The position numbers and the translations under genes were made by a program. This document shows positions 52,589 through 64,000 of a stretch of 64,000 nt of DNA, one piece after another. Position 1 is the stretch's first letter, and every line of letters begins with the position of its first letter. Below the pieces are notes generated by a model that made no database searches, was not told where the DNA came from, and worked only from the letters and a program-made list of their open reading frames with translations. The DNA comes from Eledone cirrhosa (taxonomy: Eukaryota). The DNA lies in contig OZ024744.1 in the NCBI GenBank assembly GCA_964016885.1, forward strand, positions 31,124,001-31,188,000. The letters run 5' to 3'.

Positions 52589-52690
<102 letters not shown>

Positions 52691-53481
52691 CATTTCGTTT
52701 TAAGTCCGCTTTTTCCCTGCTTGCAAGGGTGGGACGGGAACTGATTCTGGCTTGATTTCTGCAGATGGATTTACATTCCCATTTGCCCTTTAAAGCATAA
52801 CTTTCCGTATTTACAACGGTTATGAGATGCGGTTTCTTATTCGGGTACAACTTCTGTTTTTAACCTAAGAAAATATCTATATGCGTGTGTAATTTATACA
52901 CGTATACATTAATTTTTTTAATTTCAATTGAGTTCTTAACACGTTGGATTGATAATGCTTTCGAAAAAACTAATTAACTCGCGTGTATATTATTTTTTCT
53001 CCTTTCGTGGACCGTGGTTGTCTCCCCTTCCCGCTTCGTGACGCTATAATAATTTCTCAGTCAAAAACTGCTGGAATTTCAAATTTGGCGGTCATTCGAT
53101 GCGTGAGGGAGCAGCTTAGCAGACACGATTTTTAACTGCGGTAAGAATTTTTTCTTATATCAAAGTTTAACGGGCTTCCACTAATGATTTATAAGTGTCC
53201 ACCTAAATATATTCTTACATGAATATATATTAGGCTTCTACATAAACTGAAAAAATTCTCCCAATTTGTAGAAAACTTATAATGAAACAATTGTTTGGAA
53301 AGATAGATATATTTTAACTTTAATTATATGTCATAAAATAATACAACTGGCTTTCCACAAAATACATATAGTTAGCACCCCAAACACTTAAATTGGATTT
53401 ATATTAAAATATAACCTAATGTTTGTTGAGTGAGATGGTTACCAGTCAGAGTTTAGCTTTAAGCTATTTCTGTTATTGTAT

Positions 53482-53526
<45 letters not shown>

Positions 53527-53528
<2 letters not shown>

Positions 53529-54409
53529 CTGGACTTTACCATCTTTCCAGGGGTCCGGGTGAGCTTTCAACCATTTATATTTTTATATGAGTATATCTGT
53601 TTGACCCGAAATAGGTGATCGAATTTTCGCTGTGTGGATGATTAGTTTAACCACCATCTCAGTGTGTTTGGCCTTTAACGTAAATTGTAAGCTCAAATTC
53701 ATATTAATTATCGAGCGCTTGCCACACAACTCGGAAGTGATTCTCGTTAATTCCTGAGCTGAAATTCGATTCTCGCTCATTTTTACTTGTATTAATCTCC
53801 AGAGTCCAGCTATTGGGCAGTTAATTTTATTGATTGTTTTTGGTCTATTCTATTGACTGCTGAATAGCTTTGTTATATTTAACCACTCTGTCGAGAGCTT
53901 TATTCGATTTGTGATATTTTGCATTTTCGCAATATAATACACAACTGAATTCATTCGCCTAATATAGGTGTTGCCTCCCTTGCTGAACACCACGTGGGGT
54001 CAGTTACAGACACATTTATGTGGACTTTCGAACTGAATCCCGTTGACAACGCGTACTCCCAGTTCAGTCATGATACCAGAAACCTAACATCCTTTATGTA
54101 AGTGGACAGTAAATGACTTATGGAGCCGCAGAAACCCAAATACTGAACTTTACCATCTTTCCAGGGGTCCGGGTACGCTTTCAAACATTTATATTTTTAT
54201 ATATTTTTATATCTGTATATCTGTTTGACCCGAAATAGGCGATCGAATTTTCGCTGTGTGGATGATTAGTTTAACCACCATCTCAGTGTGTTTGGCCTTT
54301 AACGTAAGTTGTAAGCTCTAATTCATATTAATTATCGAGCGCTTGCCACACAACTCGGAAGTGATTCTCGTTAATTCCTGAGCTGAAATTTGATTCTCGC
54401 TAATTTTTA

Positions 54410-54412
<3 letters not shown>
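53527..54412. repeat. Partial tandem direct repeat (about 260-bp unit, period about 614 bp) between (TA)n runs
   Basis: 53527..53788 recurs at 54141..54412. Confidence 0.88.
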
Positions 54413-54460
<48 letters not shown>

Positions 54461-54599
54461 TCAGGTTATCAATAATGTAGTGATAATATATCGTTACGTT
54501 AGAGATGAACAGCGTACGTGCAGGTTAGCTCAACGAGTATAAATTATATTCCGGAGAAAATGTCGAAAGGATGAATATAAAATGAAAGTGCTTTTTTTA

Positions 54600-56660
54600 A
54601 AAAGGAATTTATTAGGTATTGACATATGTTTCTGTAACAAACGGAATACCTATGTATCGCTGCTTGCGTAATCATATAATGTTAGCAAGTATTCGATAGC
54701 AAATGTATAATCAGTTGTCACTTCTTCAGAGATTTTGGATAAATTGGATAAAATCAGAAAAATTGAAGTATTTATATTAGTAATAGAGGAAGAAAAAGAG
54801 GGGATAGTATATGACAGATGGTAAATTAATTTACTGCTAAACAAGTATGTAATGGGTTTCTAATGAGAATACCATGAGTAAATCTAAATAAGAATTTTGG
54901 GAGTGCCAATTTTAATCTCTACTTGACCAATTGGACAGTGGACAGGGCTGGTCATTTGGTGCAGTAGTATTAATTATAAAGTGTCAATTGGGGAAGGGGG
55001 AGATTTCGATTGCTACTGAATAACATCAATGATAGTAGCCAGCTGGTATATGCATTAGGGAATTGAATCAAGAAATCAGAAATCTCATTTTATCTATAGC
55101 AGTTTATATTAAAAGGTAAATAATAGAAGAGTTGATAGAATTAAGACTAATAAAGAATGTTAATATCTATTTTGACAATCAAACGGAGATAGAGACAGGC
55201 GTTCAATCCTGGTAGTATTTATAATATGAAAATGTAGATTTTAAGCGATGGTTACAGTATAACGATCGCTCTATTCTGTTATTTAATAAAATGTTTTTGG
55301 ATTTCATAATACAAAATAATTCTACATTACATAATTTACAAAATTCCTGTCCATGGGAATATGGGGGGGCAGCCACTATTATATCCCATTTTAGGTGAAA
55401 TTGTTGGTTATTTTCACGCAGCTGCTAAGCCTTGTCTGCGAGTGTTGTTACATAACGCTGGTTTTCATGTTTTATCGAGTAACGATGTCTATAAAGGCGT
55501 GATTTGAAAGAGGTGGCTGTAGATCCCACATAGTACCACTTCTGTCTATCCGATTCGATAGTACATTTGTATACGATGTTGCGTTCAAGACACTGATTGT
55601 TCAACGGACACATTCCTGGTTGGACACAGTTGCAATTATAATTTTGCGTTGTTGTATTGTCATGGATGGGTTGATGAGGTTTCTTATGTAGGACAGGATG
55701 TTGTTTGTTGTTTTGTGATGTTATAGCTAATGTTTTACGTGTATTGTTATGTGTTGGAAGGCGTTTATACAACCGTTTTGCGTTAAGCTTTTTTATATGT
55801 TGTTCAATATTAGGGGCGGTTGAATATGAAAGTCGAATAGTGTTAGGGTTTAAGATTTTATTATATTTATGTGATGTTGGAAAGTGTTTTTTAACTAATC
55901 GAAAGAATTTTGAGGGTAGATTGGTTTTAATAGAGTTGTTATAGACCGGGTTATACCAAATATACTCCTTACATCGCCTTCTGTTTGGTGGTGTGCGACT
56001 ATTATTGTGTCTATTGCGGTAGTGTATGTATGGTGGTGATTCTGTGCTATTTCTACTCCTATGGGATTTATTTTGGGTGTTTTGGTGATCTTCGACTATA
56101 TACTCTATATTATCTAGGTGACCGGCTTTCCTAAGTGCATCATCATAATATTCGGCATGTTCTTTGAAGGTTTGTTGGTTGGACGACAGGCGGGAGATTC
56201 TAAGAGAAACATTTCTAGGGATGGATTTAATTATAGAGAGTGGATGGTTAGAACTCGTATTTACATATTTAAGGTTCTCATTTAGTTTATGGAACGGTTT
56301 AATCGTATCTGTATTGAGATTGAAAGTAACATCAAGGAAATTGACCTCTTTGAGGTTATATTCAAATGTAATATTTAATCCTAGTTCCTTAAAAAGCTTT
56401 CTGATATTTTTACGCATCCTTTCTAAATTCTGGTTATTCATATGCTTAACTAATAGGAGCGCATCGTCACGGTAGATTCCACCGTGGAGATCCTTGAATT
56501 TTCCTTGTAATCTGTGGGTGATATAAATTCCCACAAGATCTGTTACTTCCGCCGAATCATTAGAACCCATAGTGATATCAAAATTAGAAGGTCTATCTTT
56601 GCGAACCCAGTAGCTATCATCGAATTTAACTATAGTTTTCCTCGCTTCCATAATAATTTT
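54600..56660 (-). mobile_element. Penelope-like element, 5'-truncated (RT C-terminal half plus GIY-YIG, 3' non-coding part with hammerhead-like core)
   Basis: ORF 55425..56651 has YRDD, VNFLDVT, SNHP, CNC..CPL..C..NIVY..YVGST. The frame continues past one TAG to a TGA at 55203 (W.II..PY..CKLC..E..LN.R.E..C.H). CTGAAGA..GAAA-CATATG-TC core at 54621..54729. The left boundary is approximate. Confidence 0.9.
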
Positions 56661-59633
56661 ATATATATATAGGAACGAGTAGGACCCCGACGGCTGAGCT
56701 CAATCCGTTTCGACATATATATATATATATATAACTGTTTGGTTGGTTTTCGCTTCTGTGTCTTTTATATCGGGTAATTTAATTTATTCGGTCCTCAATG
56801 TTACCAATGACTGACCAACGGTCAAAATTACAGATACAATATAGACACAAACACATATATATAGTCTAACAAAGTTCTTTCGTTGCACATCTACAACATC
56901 GTCAGTGGTGCTATTATGTTTCCTCCTGTTGTATTGTATGCCTAGACCATCTTTATTTAGTCTGTTTATTATTTTTTTTGTCTTCTCTGCGCATACGTTT
57001 GCGTGTATATAGTGTTTGATGTGTGTTCGTGTTTGGGTGACTGTGTATTGGTTATTGTATTCTATCTTAGTTTACTAGTGTGTGTTTATATGTGTTTGTT
57101 GTTATTGTGGTTGTGTATTTATTTATTTATTTATACTTCTCTTAGGTCAGTGTTGTTTGTTTGGGTGTTGTTGTTATTCCATTCATTCTTTCTGTTTAGT
57201 CTTGGCCTTCTAAGTTCTATTTCACTGGCCTCTCTGATTTGCCTATCTGCTGGGTCCTTTCTATGTTTAGATATTATTCTAATTTCTATGTTGTCTATGT
57301 TAACGTCGTGTTGTTGTCTGGCATGTTCGTATAGTTCTGAACCGTTTTTTCGTCCTTTTAGTCTCCCCAGTGTTGGTCTATCCTTTCACCTATGCTACGA
57401 GCTGTCTCGCCTATGTATGTTGTTGTCATGTTTCTGTAAGTACCCTCTATACATCTTATTCTATAGACTACGTATTTAGTTTTACAGTTTTTCCGGGGAT
57501 TTACTTTACATATAATACATTTCCTATTAGTACAGTGGATTTTCTTAAAAGGGTAGGTTTTGCTGATCAGGGATTTTATAGTGGTTTCTGGCTTTTCTAC
57601 CACCTTAATATTTAAGTGGGTCTTTCTCAGGGCCTTTCTACACTGGTTAGCTAATTTCCCTCCAGGGTTAGCGTCCACAAACATGACACTCTGGTATCTC
57701 TGGTTGTCGTACCATGAGGTGGCTTTCCCTATCCTATGTCTAGCCCTATCTAAGCTATTCCATGATTTGCTCCTGTATAATGGGCAAATTCCTTTCATGT
57801 CAGTTCTATGAAGGTCTTATACTTCTCCGTGGCTCCTTCGTATACTCTGACTCTGTCTCTTTGGTTGTAGCCAGAGAAATGCATGCGGTTGATGAAGTGT
57901 TGGATGTGTCTTTCCATTTCTGTTGGGTCGCACATGCAGGACACATTCTTCATCACTCGTACCAAATCTGCGATCAGAATATTAAAGTTAGCACTACTGG
58001 ACATTGCTGAATTTTTGAGTATCAGGTATTTGGAGGCCATGGGTTTAGTTTAATGTGAGTGGAGAATTAGGGCTCTCTCGTCTATAGTGTTAATCCAGAG
58101 TTCCGTGTCTAATACAGGTAGTCTATTGTTAGGGTTTGGGGAAGGGTAGTCGATAATTACAGTTATACTCTGGTGTATGGAATTAGCTATCTGCTGGATG
58201 CTTTCCATCGTGCTACGTTCTAAATCAAACTTGTTAGTGCTCTCTTGTGGGGATGTCCTTATTACTATATTGATGTCGTCTACGTAACGAGAGTACATGA
58301 TGAGGTCTATGGAGCTCTCATCAAGGAGATCTTTAAGTCTCCTTTCCCACCATACCATGAAAAGGTTGGCAACGTCACCAGCTATGCTGACACCAATGGC
58401 TGCTCCCTCATTTTGGGTGTAGATCTTCTCGTTGAATTTGAATATGTGGCCTTTTAGGGTAGTTTTGATACTACCCTCTATTGTATGTGCGACCATTTTT
58501 CTTACCTGATCATTGTTTTGGGGGGTCCGTATAGCTTTGGTCCACCCAATCCACCTTCCAATGGGAGTCTTTGTTGCCATTGAGGTTATGGTGGGGTCTA
58601 CCTCTTATGGGTCTACTGGGGCAGAAACGTCTAAGGTCCTGGCTGTCTAGGTAGTCAGTGTCATAGGTAAGTCTAAGTAGGAGGCCCAGTTCGTCTGTAT
58701 CGACGTCACAGAACTCCACCTCACTCTCAATGATCATCCCCACTCATTTTTCCACAGCAAAATCAATGTTAATGGATGGGTACAGTGATACCACATCCAT
58801 ACTGCCTATTATGCAGTTGGATAGGTTTTTGTTTTTGTAGCACTCACTGATTCTGCTGAGGAGGTCCTCTGTACCGTCACATACATCTGGGGACATCTTG
58901 ATTATGGGGCGTATAACCATTGAGAGGATGTAGGAGATCCTGTAGTTGCTAGCTATATTTGCTCCGCATACGGGTCTTGTTGGTGGTCCTGTTGTCGGGT
59001 CGTCGACTGTCTTATGGTCTTTGCGGAGCCCATACAAGGGTGGTATGCCATTGTTAGACGCCTGGAAGTTGTTGGCAGAGCATCTGCTTGGCTTTAGGAT
59101 GTCTGTCCACATCATCATGTGAGCGTTGACGATTTTCTCTCTCCCATCATGTATTTGCTGTGCAATTTCGCTCGTGTTGGTGATGTGGGGTTGCATAGCC
59201 TTGATGTAGTTCGGCATGCTGTCTATTGACATCCTACCAGACTTATCCGTGGGTAGACATACTACCTCATCATCCCTTGCGCGCTGCTTGAGGCTAACCA
59301 AGCCTTCTACAGGTTTCCTCCCAAGTTGTTGGGCCTCTGGTCTGCTCTGTCTCTTAGTATACCGGTCTACTATTTGTCTAATCTTATTTCTAACTATGGT
59401 GAACTGTGCCTCTGTCTCGTCATCTATTTGTGTGGTATACAAACCCTTTTATTAAAGGGTAACCTCGTAGGATAAATATTACCCATCTTATACGTTTTGT
59501 CAGCTGGGTTGAAGAATAGTTTCTCTAAGGTGTTGTCATTATATCTATCGTCATAGTTGTGTGTGTTGTTATTATTGTTATTATGGTGGTTGTTGTTGTT
59601 TCTATCATTAGCATTATTATTATTGTTATGATT

Positions 59634-59990
59634 GCTAGGTGTATTGTTGCTGTGATTGCTAGATGTATTGTTGTTATGATTGCTAGATGTATTGTTGTTA
59701 TAATTGCTAGATGTATTGTTGTTATGATTGCTAGATGTATTGTTGTTATGATTGCTAGATGTATTGTTGCTGTGATTGTTAGGTGTATTGTTGTTATGAT
59801 TGCTAGATGTATTGTTGCTGTGATTGTTAGGTGTATTGTTGTTATGATTGCTAGATGTATTGTTGCTGTGATTGTTAGGTGTATTGTTGTTATGATTGCT
59901 AGATGTATTGTTGCTGTGATTGTTAGGTGTATTGTTGTTATGATTGCTAGATGTATTGTTGCTGTGATTGTTAGGTGTATTGTTGTTGTT
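59634..59990. repeat. 24-bp minisatellite (alternating as a 48-bp dimer) inside the Penelope ORF
   Basis: Units TGTATTGTTGCTGTGATTGTTAGG and TGTATTGTTGTTATGATTGCTAGA; the minus strand encodes NNTPNNHS / NNTSSNHN. Confidence 0.95.
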
Positions 59991-60254
59991 TTCTCCACCG
60001 TTATAGTGGTTGTTACTTTTATTATGTTTCTTGTTTTTGTTGTTGTTGTTGTGTCTATCATTAATGTTGCTACATGTATTATTTCTATTATTACCACTGT
60101 GGTTGTTGTTGTTGTTACTCGTAATGTTACCGTTATTACTACTGTGGTCGCTGCTGCTATGTCTGTCGTTAATGTTTCTATTATTATTATTATTGTGGTT
60201 GTTGTTGTTGTTCTGTCTATCGTTAATATTATTACCATTATTACTATTTATCAC

Positions 60255-60438
60255 GGCGGTGAATTGGCAGTATCAGTAGAGGGTCAAACGCCATGCTTTC
60301 CAGCATAGTTACGTCCCTTTACAGTCTGAGTTCAAATCCCGTTGAGGTTAACTTTACCTTTCATCCTTACGGGGTCGATAAAATAAAGTACCAGTAATGA
60401 ACTGGATAATTGCTGGCCTTGTGCCAAAAGTAGAAACA
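60255..60438 (+). mobile_element. Full-length tRNA-derived SINE with 18-bp target-site duplication
   Basis: A-box-like TGGCAGTATCAG and B-box GAGTTCAAATCC. TSD ATTATTACTATTTATCAC at 60237..60254 and 60439..60456. Confidence 0.93.
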
Positions 60439-61195
60439 ATTATTACTATTTATCACTCTCCTGCTATTGTTATTGTTATGGCTGTTATTTCTATACTCAG
60501 AGTTATTGTTTATATTACTACTACCGTTATTATTGTTGTTGTTGTTGTTTACTTTTGCACTCCAACGTATTTTTGTGAAACACCTTTCCAGCTCCGTTTT
60601 ACACTCATAGGGTTAATATTTTTGTAGATGGCAAATTTTGGTGGTAGCTGCAGGATTTGTTGTTCTTGTTCACTGATTAAAGTGTTCCCATAAATATTTA
60701 CTGTGTGGTCATTGGTAAATTCTTCAGGTAGTTCTACATCAGTCATACGGATATTGTTGATGTTATCTGGGTATTTTTGTGAATATTCAATTTTTCTTTC
60801 TTCTAGTTTTTTCTTATTCATCCATTCTAATTTCTTATTGAAATGCCTATTGCATTCGTTTCGGGCGTATTTCGTTTCACATCGAATGACGCTCATGGTT
60901 TCATCCCTCTCGTTTGGTGTGGTGAGATTTCGAACTTACTTACAGTTAATGCGTTTCTGTCTGTAAAGTTCGTTAACTTTTGTATACGTTGTTCTTACCA
61001 TATTAACTGCTATTGTGTGTTTTAGTCGTTCAGCTTGTGTTTTGTTTAATAATAAATTATTTACTTGTTTTGATATGTTTGTTGTGTATATTTTGAAGGA
61101 AACACAGTGTTTTAAGAAGCGGATTTGTTCTGTTGTTATTGTAGTTTTTATATAACAGAAAACAGTGTCTTTCAATAACCTTTCAGCTTGGCACA

Positions 61196-63118
61196 AGCAG
61201 AATCAGTGAGTGCAACAAAAACAAAAACCTACCCAACTGCATAATAGGCAGCATGGATGTGGTATCACTGTACCCATCCATTAACATTGATTTTGCTGTG
61301 AAAAAATGAGTGGGGATGATCATTGAGAGTGAGGTGGAGTTCTGCGACGTCGATACAGACGAACTGGGCCTCCTACTTAGACTTACCTATGACACTGACT
61401 ACCTAGACAGCCAGGACCTTAGACGTTTCTGCCCCAGTAGACCCATAAGAGGTAGACGCCCACCATAACCTCAATGACAAAAAAGACTCCCATGGGAAGG
61501 TGAATTGGGTGGACCAAAGCTATACAGACCCCCCAAAACAATGATCAGGTAAGGAAAATGGTTGCACAAGCAATAGAGGCTAGTATCAAAACTACCCTAA
61601 AGGGCCACATATTCAAATTCAACGAGAAGATCTACACCCAAAATGAGGGAGCAGACGATATCAATATAGTTATAAGAACATCCCCACTAGAAAGCACTAA
61701 CAAGTTTGATTTAGAACGTAGCACAATGGAAAGCATCCAGCAGATAGCTAATTCCATACACCAGAGTATAACTGTAACTATTGACTACCTTTCCAAAAAC
61801 CCTAACAATAGACTACCTATATTAGACACGGAACTCTGGATTAACACTATAGCCGAAAGAACCCAAATTCTCCACACACACTACACTAAACCCATGGCCT
61901 CCAAATATCTGATTCTCAAAAACTCAGCAATGTCCTGTAGTGCTAACTTTAATATTCTGATCGCAGACTTGGTACGAGTGATGAAGAACGTGTCCCGCAT
62001 GTGCGACCCAACAGAAATGGATAGACACATCCAACACTTCATCTACCGCATGCAGATCTCTGGCTACAGCCAAAGAGACAGAATCAGAATATACGAAGGA
62101 GCCACGGAGAAGTATAAGACCTTCATAGAACTGACATGAAAGGAATTTGCCCATTATACAGGAGCAAATCATGGAATAGCTTAGCTAGGACTAGACATAA
62201 TATAGGGAAAGCCACCCCATGGTACGACAACCAGAGATACCAGAGTGTCATGTTTGTGGACGCTACCCCTGGAGGGAAATTAGCTAACCAGTGTAGAAAG
62301 GCCCTGAGAAAGACCCACTTAAATATTAAGGTGGTAGAAAAGCCAGGAACCACCATAAAATACCTGATCAGCAAAACCTACCCTTTTAAGAAAATCCACT
62401 GTACTAATAGGAAATCTATCATATGTAAGGTAAACCCCCGGATAAACTGTAAAACTAGAAACGTAGTCTATAGCATAAGATGTACAGAGGGTACTTGCAG
62501 AAACATGACAACAACATACATAGGCGAGACAGCTCGTAGCATAGGTGAAAGGATAGACCAACACAGGGGAGACTAAAAGGACGAAAAAACGGTTCAGTAC
62601 TATACGAACATGCCAGACAACAACACGACGGTAACATAGACAACATAGAAATTAGATTAATATCTAAACATACAAATGATCCAGCAGATTGGCAAATCAG
62701 AGAGGCCAGCGAAATAGAACTTAGAAGGCCTAGGCTAAACAGAACAAATGAATGGAATAACAACAACACCCAAACAAACAATACTGACCTAAGAGAAGTA
62801 TAAATAAATAAATAAATAAATACATACACAAGCTCAATAACAACAAACACATATAAACACACACTAGTAAACTAAGATAGAATACAATAACCAATACACA
62901 GTCACCCAAACACGAACACACATCAAACACTATACACACACGCAAACGCATGTGCAGAGAAGGCAAAAAAAAAAAAAATAAATAAACAGACTAAATAAAG
63001 ATGGTGTCTATATTGTATCTGTATTTTTGACCGTTGGTCAGTCAATGGTAACATTGAGGACCGAATAAATTAAATTAACCGATATAAAAGACACAGAAGC
63101 GAAAACCAACCAAACAGT
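61196..63118 (+). mobile_element. Inverted, 5'-truncated second copy of the Naiad-like element
   Basis: Reverse complement of 56734..58857, with deletions of the IGVS..RYV segment (at about 61654) and of the hammerhead-like segment (at about 63005). Confidence 0.92.
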
Positions 63119-63179
63119 GAGTGTGTTCTGTTATTAATTCTGGCAATATTATTACACAAATATAACCCTCCCCATGTAT

Positions 63180-63285
<106 letters not shown>

Positions 63286-63304
63286 ATATATAATAAAAAA
63301 GAAA

Positions 63305-63346
63305 TTGTTTCTACTTTTGGCACAAGGCAACCAATTATCCCAGTGT
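63305..63346 (-). mobile_element. SINE 3' fragment
   Basis: TTGTTTCTACTTTTGGCACAAGGC..CCCAGTG matches 25818-25858. Confidence 0.65.
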
Positions 63347-63349
63347 ATT

Positions 63350-63915
63350 AACTTTCGATTCGTTTTCAATTATACAAACAAGCTTCAATTTCATAGCCAT
63401 GTCAGTAGAATGAACCCTTCACCCTTGCTCTTCTGTTGGCATGGGAACAGAACTGCATACACTAATGTTTCTCGGTATCACCCTTCATCAGTACAGCTCA
63501 CTGTTCACCTGCCAGAGCTATTGAAAATATATGCGATTTTCAAAAATACACTGTGACTGATCGACCTGATTTGTATATTAGCAGACTGGCTGATCAGTCA
63601 GATTTGCATATTAGCAGATCCACTGATCAGCCAGATTTGCACATCAGCAGACTGGCCAATCAGTTTCCTGTATACGAGCGATAAATGGCCGGCTTTGCCA
63701 AATTCAAATAAAAAAGAAAGTTTTCGCTCTACATAGCTGAATACAATAAATGTAATCTGAGTTTTTCGAATATTAATAATAACATTCGATTCGTTTGCAA
63801 TTATGCAAACAAGCCTCAATTTTGTAGCGATGTCAGTAGAATGAACACTTCATTCTTGATCTTGAGTTGGCATGTAAACAGAACTGCAGACACTAATGTT
63901 TCTGGGTATACCACC
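63350..63915 (-). mobile_element. Tandem hammerhead-containing repeat with a monomer of about 431 bp; retrozyme- or pLTR-like
   Basis: Complete hammerhead at 63450..63499 (GAGCTGTA-CTGATGA-AGGGTGATACCGA-GAAA-CATTAGTG-TA-TGCAGTTC). The 3' half of a second one lies at 63881..63912. Same family as 22845..23310. Confidence 0.8.
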
Positions 63916-64000
63916 CGGGTGGCGCGAACAGATACCCTCTTTGCATCATTTTCATGTATACATTCCTTTTTCTAGTATCTTATTTTATTTTATTTTATAT

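Larger units (their letters stand above)
56734..61195 (-). mobile_element. Long Penelope-like element (Naiad-like), decayed, with Asn/His-rich insert and SINE insertion
   Basis: ORF pieces from 61196 to about 57130 carry PTDKSG, LYGLRKDHK, RPVCGA, DVVSLYPS, QNEGAAIG, RYVDD, LPVLD, PLYR, C..CIIC..C, VVY..YIGETARS and H...H. Hammerhead-like core at 56868..56911. The Naiad assignment is from motif memory. Confidence 0.88.

Noticed and set aside
52960-53150. CpG-richer stretch ending in a GGTAAG donor-like site (promoter or first exon)
   Set aside because: No supporting ORF, downstream exon or expression evidence.
56780-56830. SECIS-like hairpin at the Naiad-like 3' end
   Set aside because: Lacks a proper AUGA/GA quartet and the apical AA spacing.
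60255-60345. tRNA gene
   Set aside because: The A/B boxes belong to a SINE head; no cloverleaf, and a TSD is present.

Overview
AT-rich eukaryotic (animal) genomic DNA made almost entirely of transposable elements and simple repeats. The repeat repertoire suggests a coleoid cephalopod such as Octopus (inference). 1-9.9 kb: a nested, minus-strand stack of Tx1/L1-clade LINE pieces. 9.9-31.3 kb: five copies of three R4/Dong-type restriction-like-endonuclease LINE families sitting in (TAA)n or (CATA)n microsatellites, plus RTE-clade pieces and tRNA-derived SINEs. 32.9-35.3 kb: a decayed CR1-group LINE. 38.8-39.2 kb: the only host-gene-like sequence, a putative terminal exon resembling a SPOP-type BACK domain, with an in-frame stop. 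39.3-39.5 kb: a 200-N gap. 39.5-51.7 kb: a 12-kb 21/27-bp minisatellite with a 2139-bp higher-order duplication. 54.6-63.1 kb: Penelope-like elements, including a head-to-head inverted pair. About ten hammerhead-ribozyme motifs and several foldback elements are scattered through the window. No intact host gene, rRNA, tRNA or CRISPR array is visible. All calls were made by eye; clade names rest on motif recognition, not database searches.
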